This document shows positions 61,260 to 64,000 of a stretch of 64,000 bases of DNA, one piece after another. Source of the stretch: an uncultured Acidimicrobiaceae bacterium. GTDB taxonomy: Bacteria > Actinomycetota > Acidimicrobiia > Spongiisociales > ZC4RG35. The stretch lies in contig CAZYCX010000001.1 of the NCBI GenBank assembly GCA_964645875.1, positions 1,007 to 65,006 of the forward strand. Direction: 5' to 3'. Every line of letters begins with the position of its first letter. Position 1 is the first letter of the stretch. Below the pieces are notes generated by a model that ran no database searches, was not told the DNA's origin, and saw only the letters and a list, made by a program, of their open reading frames with translations. The position numbers were made by a program, and so were the translations under genes.

Positions 61260-62831
61260 ATGGACGAGAGCTTGCGCAACGACGGTGATTTCGCCGCTCG
61301 ACACCGACTCCTCGTCGCCCTGCTCTGGGTCCAGGTGCCGACACTCGGCATTCTCGGGTTGACCACCGACATCCCGGTGTCTCTGGTGGTCCTCGGTGCG
61401 CTCGCACCCGCCGTCTTCGTCTTCAGCGCCATCTCCCTGCCCACGCCCGGCCTGGCCGCCGTGGCGGGGGCTCTCGGGCTGGTCGCTTCGGCGGTGGTGG
61501 CCATCGGCCACAGCGGCGGCGGAGCCCTCTCCCCCGCTCTGTTCGTGGTGGCGATGGTGGCCATAGCCTGGTACCGCATGGCGATGCCATTGGTGGCGGG
61601 TCTGGTCGGCTCGGTGGTGGCCCTGCTCCTGCTGGAGCCGGAGGCAACGTTCGCCGAGATGACAGTCGACATCGGTGTTGTCGTCGCCACCGCAGTCCTC
61701 GTGATTTTGGGATGGCGATCGACGCGCTCTCGAGGCGACGGCGACCCCGGCGAGGACCTGTTCCGTCTCGGTTTCGAACAGGCTCCAATCGGCATGGCAG
61801 TCCTCAAGCCATCCGGCGAGTTTCTCGAGGTCAACACGGCACTGGCCGACATGGTGGGCCACCACTCGAACCAGCTGGTCGGCACCAACCTGAGTCGCCT
61901 CATCCACGGGGACGACCTGGCCGAGCTCGGTGAGGCATGGGAGGAGATGGGAAACGGGAACACCCACCAGGCCAGCGAGTGGATGCGTCTGGTGACCGCC
62001 GGCGGCAAGCAAGTCTGGGGTCGCTTCTCGTTCTCCTTGGTCCCGCATAGCCCCGGGCAGCCGGCGCTGGTGATCCTGCAGGTCGAAGACGCCACCCACT
62101 CCTACGAGGAGCGGCATCGTCTCGAATCCCTGCTCCGGGGCAAGGACGAATTCGTCGCCGCATTGGGGGACGAGATCAGAGAGCCTTTGAGCCTGCTCAT
62201 CGACCTCACCGACCTGGCCGAGCACTCCCACGTGTCCCGTAGCGAGACCTTCCCCCGCATCGAGGTGCACGCCCGGGAGATCGCCAACATCGTCGACGAC
62301 CTGGTGGTGTCGGCCCGAGCGGACACGACGCCGGTGTCCGTGGTGGCACAGCGCCTCGACAGCGAGGCGCTGTGCCGAGAGGTCATGGCGGCATTCCCCG
62401 AGTCCGAAGACTTCGACATCGAACTCCAGCCCCTCGGCCTGTGGGCCGACCCGGTGCTGACCAGTCAGATCCTGCGCAGTCTCCTCGGCAACGCGGTTCG
62501 TTATGGGGGCCCGGCGGTGGGGATCAAGACCGTGTCATCCGGACCGGACACCGTGATCCAGATCAGCGACAACGGACCGGAGATACCCAAGGAGGAGCGT
62601 GACCGAATCTTCTCCGGAGACCTGCGCAGCGGACAGCCGGTGACCCGCCCGGCCGCGGTGGGGCTCAGCCTCACCGTGGGGCGTCACCTGGCCCGGCAGA
62701 TGGACGGTGACATCGATTATCGGCGCATCGAAGGGCACAACGTCTTCGAGGTTCGCCTCCCCTCGGAACAGCTGATACCGAGACCGCGGAAGCGGCCGCG
62801 ATTGAGGCCGGCCGAGACGGCGGGGCACTAG
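61260..62831 (+). CDS. membrane PAS sensor kinase-like protein with a non-canonical H-box (His replaced by Asp) and degenerate G-boxes
   Basis: 523 aa, ~6 TM, PAS (LFRLGFEQAPIGMAVLKPSGEFLEVNTALADMVG...). The DHp-like helix KDEFVAALGDEIREPLSLL stands where FxxxxSHELRTPL is expected (GAC codon at 62167-62169). N-box LLGNAVRYG. G1 DNGPEI (canonical DNGPGI). G2 VGLSL (canonical GLGL). Confidence 0.8.
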   Translation: MDESLRNDGDFAARHRLLVALLWVQVPTLGILGLTTDIPVSLVVLGALAPAVFVFSAISLPTPGLAAVAGALGLVASAVVAIGHSGGGALSPALFVVAMVAIAWYRMAMPLVAGLVGSVVALLLLEPEATFAEMTVDIGVVVATAVLVILGWRSTRSRGDGDPGEDLFRLGFEQAPIGMAVLKPSGEFLEVNTALADMVGHHSNQLVGTNLSRLIHGDDLAELGEAWEEMGNGNTHQASEWMRLVTAGGKQVWGRFSFSLVPHSPGQPALVILQVEDATHSYEERHRLESLLRGKDEFVAALGDEIREPLSLLIDLTDLAEHSHVSRSETFPRIEVHAREIANIVDDLVVSARADTTPVSVVAQRLDSEALCREVMAAFPESEDFDIELQPLGLWADPVLTSQILRSLLGNAVRYGGPAVGIKTVSSGPDTVIQISDNGPEIPKEERDRIFSGDLRSGQPVTRPAAVGLSLTVGRHLARQMDGDIDYRRIEGHNVFEVRLPSEQLIPRPRKRPRLRPAETAGH

Positions 62832-62994
62832 TGCTCTGGCCATTGACGTTGGCGATGTTCAGGGCGAGCCAGGGGCGCCGATGGCAAGGACGCAGGACGC
62901 AGGCGCACCCGTAGGTGCGTCAAGGACGAGGACGCAGCAAGCGGTGTCATCTGGCCGTCCTGAACGCGGCGAACGTTATTGGTCGGGGCACTAG
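62828..62994 (+). repeat. long imperfect palindromic element (about 41-bp stem, 76-nt apical region) filling the gap between two convergent stop codons
   Basis: Arms 62832-62873 and 62950-62990 pair; see the finding for the hand count. Apical hairpin CGCACC-CGTA-GGTGCG (62904-62919). It is flanked by the direct repeat CAAGGACG(C)AGGACGCAG (62885-62902 and 62921-62937). CGGGGCACTAG occurs at 62821-62831 and again at 62984-62994. Confidence 0.8.
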
Positions 62995-63548
62995 CCCTGG
63001 CTCACCGGGGCACTGGTCGCACGCTCCAGTGCGTGTTCGACCAGGGTGACCAGAACCCGCTGCACGTCCACCCGCACCCTGGCGTCGCAGTAGACGATCG
63101 GCACATCCGGGCCCACCTGGAGGGCGCTGCGGACCTCTTCGATGTTGTGCAGCTTCCTGCCGTGAAAAGTGTTGATCGCGACGACGAACGGAGTCTCCCG
63201 CTTCTCGTAGAAGTCGATGGCGGCGAAGCTCGCCTCGATACGCCGGGTGTCGACGAGGACCACGGCACCGATGGCACCCCGGGCCAATTCATTCCACATG
63301 AAGTGGAACCGATCCTGGCCCGGTGTTCCGAACAGATAGAGCACCAATTGGTGCTTGAGGCTGATCCGCCCGAAGTCCATGGCCACGGTGGTCATCGTCT
63401 TGCCGTCGCCGAACAGCTCATCGACACCAGAGCTCGCCTCAGTGATGATCGCCTCGCTGCGCAGCGGCTCGATCTCCGATATCGCCCCGACGAATGTGGT
63501 CTTGCCCACGCCGAAGCCGCCGGCGATGACGATCTTCACCGGAGTCAT
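62991..63548 (-). CDS. cvnD: conservon GTPase (small Ras/MglA-like ATP/GTP-binding protein)
   Basis: Start moved to ATG 63548. MTPVKIVIAGGFGVGKTTFVGAISEIEPLRSEA...TTVAMDFGRI...LYLFGTPGQDRF...VVLVDTRR.... Confidence 0.85.
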   Translation of the reverse strand: MTPVKIVIAGGFGVGKTTFVGAISEIEPLRSEAIITEASSGVDELFGDGKTMTTVAMDFGRISLKHQLVLYLFGTPGQDRFHFMWNELARGAIGAVVLVDTRRIEASFAAIDFYEKRETPFVVAINTFHGRKLHNIEEVRSALQVGPDVPIVYCDARVRVDVQRVLVTLVEHALERATSAPVSQG

Positions 63549-63558
63549 TCGTGACTGT

Positions 63559-63942
63559 TCAGAGGGACTTGATTCCATCGAGCACCTTGTGCAAGAGGTC
63601 TGTGTATACCTCACCGTCCTTGTCGGTGACGAGCTCAGACGGTGGTTCGGTGATGGTGACTGCGCCCTGCGACCTGAGATCGTCGGCCAGCACCCGGATC
63701 ACCCCTATGGGAACTTCGAGCACAGCGGCCAGCTCGATCACCGCAGTCTCCCGACGGCTCTGGGTGATGATCTCTGCCGCTTCCCACTTGAACTGGCGAC
63801 GCATCCGCATGCCCGCCGGAGTCGCTGCCACCAGTGCTTCGAGAGCGATCGGCTCTACGGTGCTGGTACGCCCGCCGGTCATCGTGTACGGCCGGACCAT
63901 GCGCCCGCCGATTACGGGCTCGGGTGTCTCCGAGCGGCTCAT
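63559..63942 (-). CDS. cvnC: conservon DUF742 protein
   Basis: 127 aa. ...MVRPYTMTGGRTSTVEPIALEALVAAT...AVIELAAVLEVPIGVIRVLADDLRSQGAV... is the DUF742 pattern. ATG overlaps the upstream stop (ATGA). Confidence 0.85.
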   Translation of the reverse strand: MSRSETPEPVIGGRMVRPYTMTGGRTSTVEPIALEALVAATPAGMRMRRQFKWEAAEIITQSRRETAVIELAAVLEVPIGVIRVLADDLRSQGAVTITEPPSELVTDKDGEVYTDLLHKVLDGIKSL

Positions 63943-64000
63943 TCGGTCTGGGCCAGCAGCGCCTTCAGTTCCTGGCGTACATCGGAAGTGAGACTGTCCC
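63939..64000 (-). CDS. cvnB: 3' end of the conservon roadblock/LC7 protein (partial; the rest is outside the window)
   Basis: My translation of the reverse strand gives ...DSLTSDVRQELKALLAQTE-stop (stop at 63941..63939). Its position immediately upstream of the DUF742 and GTPase genes fits the conserved cvnA-B-C-D order. Only 20 codons are visible. Confidence 0.55.
   Translation of the reverse strand, partial: DSLTSDVRQELKALLAQTE

Noticed and set aside
61143-62270. Upstream extension of ORF 60183..62270 (-), as a possible full-length CvnA
   Set aside because: The extension is antisense to the PAS kinase-like gene. Its translation is His/Arg/Gly-rich and shows no TM, NIT, HAMP or DHp features. 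CvnA similarity starts only at MEIAELIE (61142).
62881-62994. 37-codon ORF (MARTQDAGAPVGASRTRTQQAVSSGRPERGERYWSGH) inside the palindromic element
   Set aside because: It has no SD and its sequence is dictated by the hairpin and direct repeats. Its terminal GH-stop is just the duplicated CGGGGCACTAG. RNA or DNA structure explains the region better.
1-64000. Prophage, integrative element, transposon, CRISPR-Cas or a recognisable defence system
   Set aside because: I recognised no integrase, transposase, recombinase, reverse transcriptase, Cas, restriction-modification or toxin-antitoxin signature in any frame. The only mobility-like traces are the DUF72 duplication scar and the palindromic element at 62.8-63.0 kb.

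Overview
GC-rich, very gene-dense chromosomal window with about 65 protein-coding genes. I found no rRNA, tRNA, CRISPR array, transposase, integrase or phage gene. The gene content suggests an actinobacterium (inference): a conservon cvnB-C-D, a Hanks-type Ser/Thr kinase, xseAB, an SLT-type wall hydrolase, Thr/Pro-rich lipoprotein linkers, frequent GTG/TTG starts and 1-8 nt start/stop overlaps. Many long ORFs in the supplied track are antisense shadow ORFs typical of high-GC DNA. Several track ORFs are fusions whose starts I moved, with reasons given per feature.

Layout:
- 1-12.4 kb: envelope and transport genes. These include a partial giant NdvB/GH94-like gene missing from the ORF track, a membrane-EEP fusion, an S8 protease with a perfect 267-bp tandem duplication, a GH18 lipoprotein, an EamA transporter and a SulP-STAS-cNMP transporter.
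- 12.5-26.8 kb: two divergent, translationally coupled operons forming an uncharacterised amino-acid-type uptake and catabolism island.
- 26.8-39 kb: P-type ATPase, hydrolase/ArsR pair, DUF72 plus a DUF72 relic bracketing an AraC-VOC pair, a HAL/PAL-family protein lacking the MIO serine, and a Ser/Thr kinase neighbourhood.
- 39-51 kb: heterodimeric ABC exporter, a TetR-controlled membrane/cupredoxin/methyltransferase set, rbsK with a nucleoside hydrolase, and an SLT hydrolase with a structured leader.
- 51.7-55.6 kb: adenylate cyclase, histidine kinase and cupredoxin lipoprotein.
- 55.6-60.2 kb: Nudix, xseAB, NAT and epoxide hydrolase.
- 60.2-64.0 kb: the locus I consider most unusual. It holds an orphan CvnA-like ATPase half, a divergent PAS kinase-like gene whose phospho-acceptor His is Asp and whose G-boxes are degenerate, a roughly 165-nt hairpin element that pairs better in the + strand, lies between two stop codons and is flanked by an 11-bp direct repeat, and a conservon (cvnD, cvnC, cvnB) running off the window.

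All functional calls come from motif recognition by eye. No database search was run.
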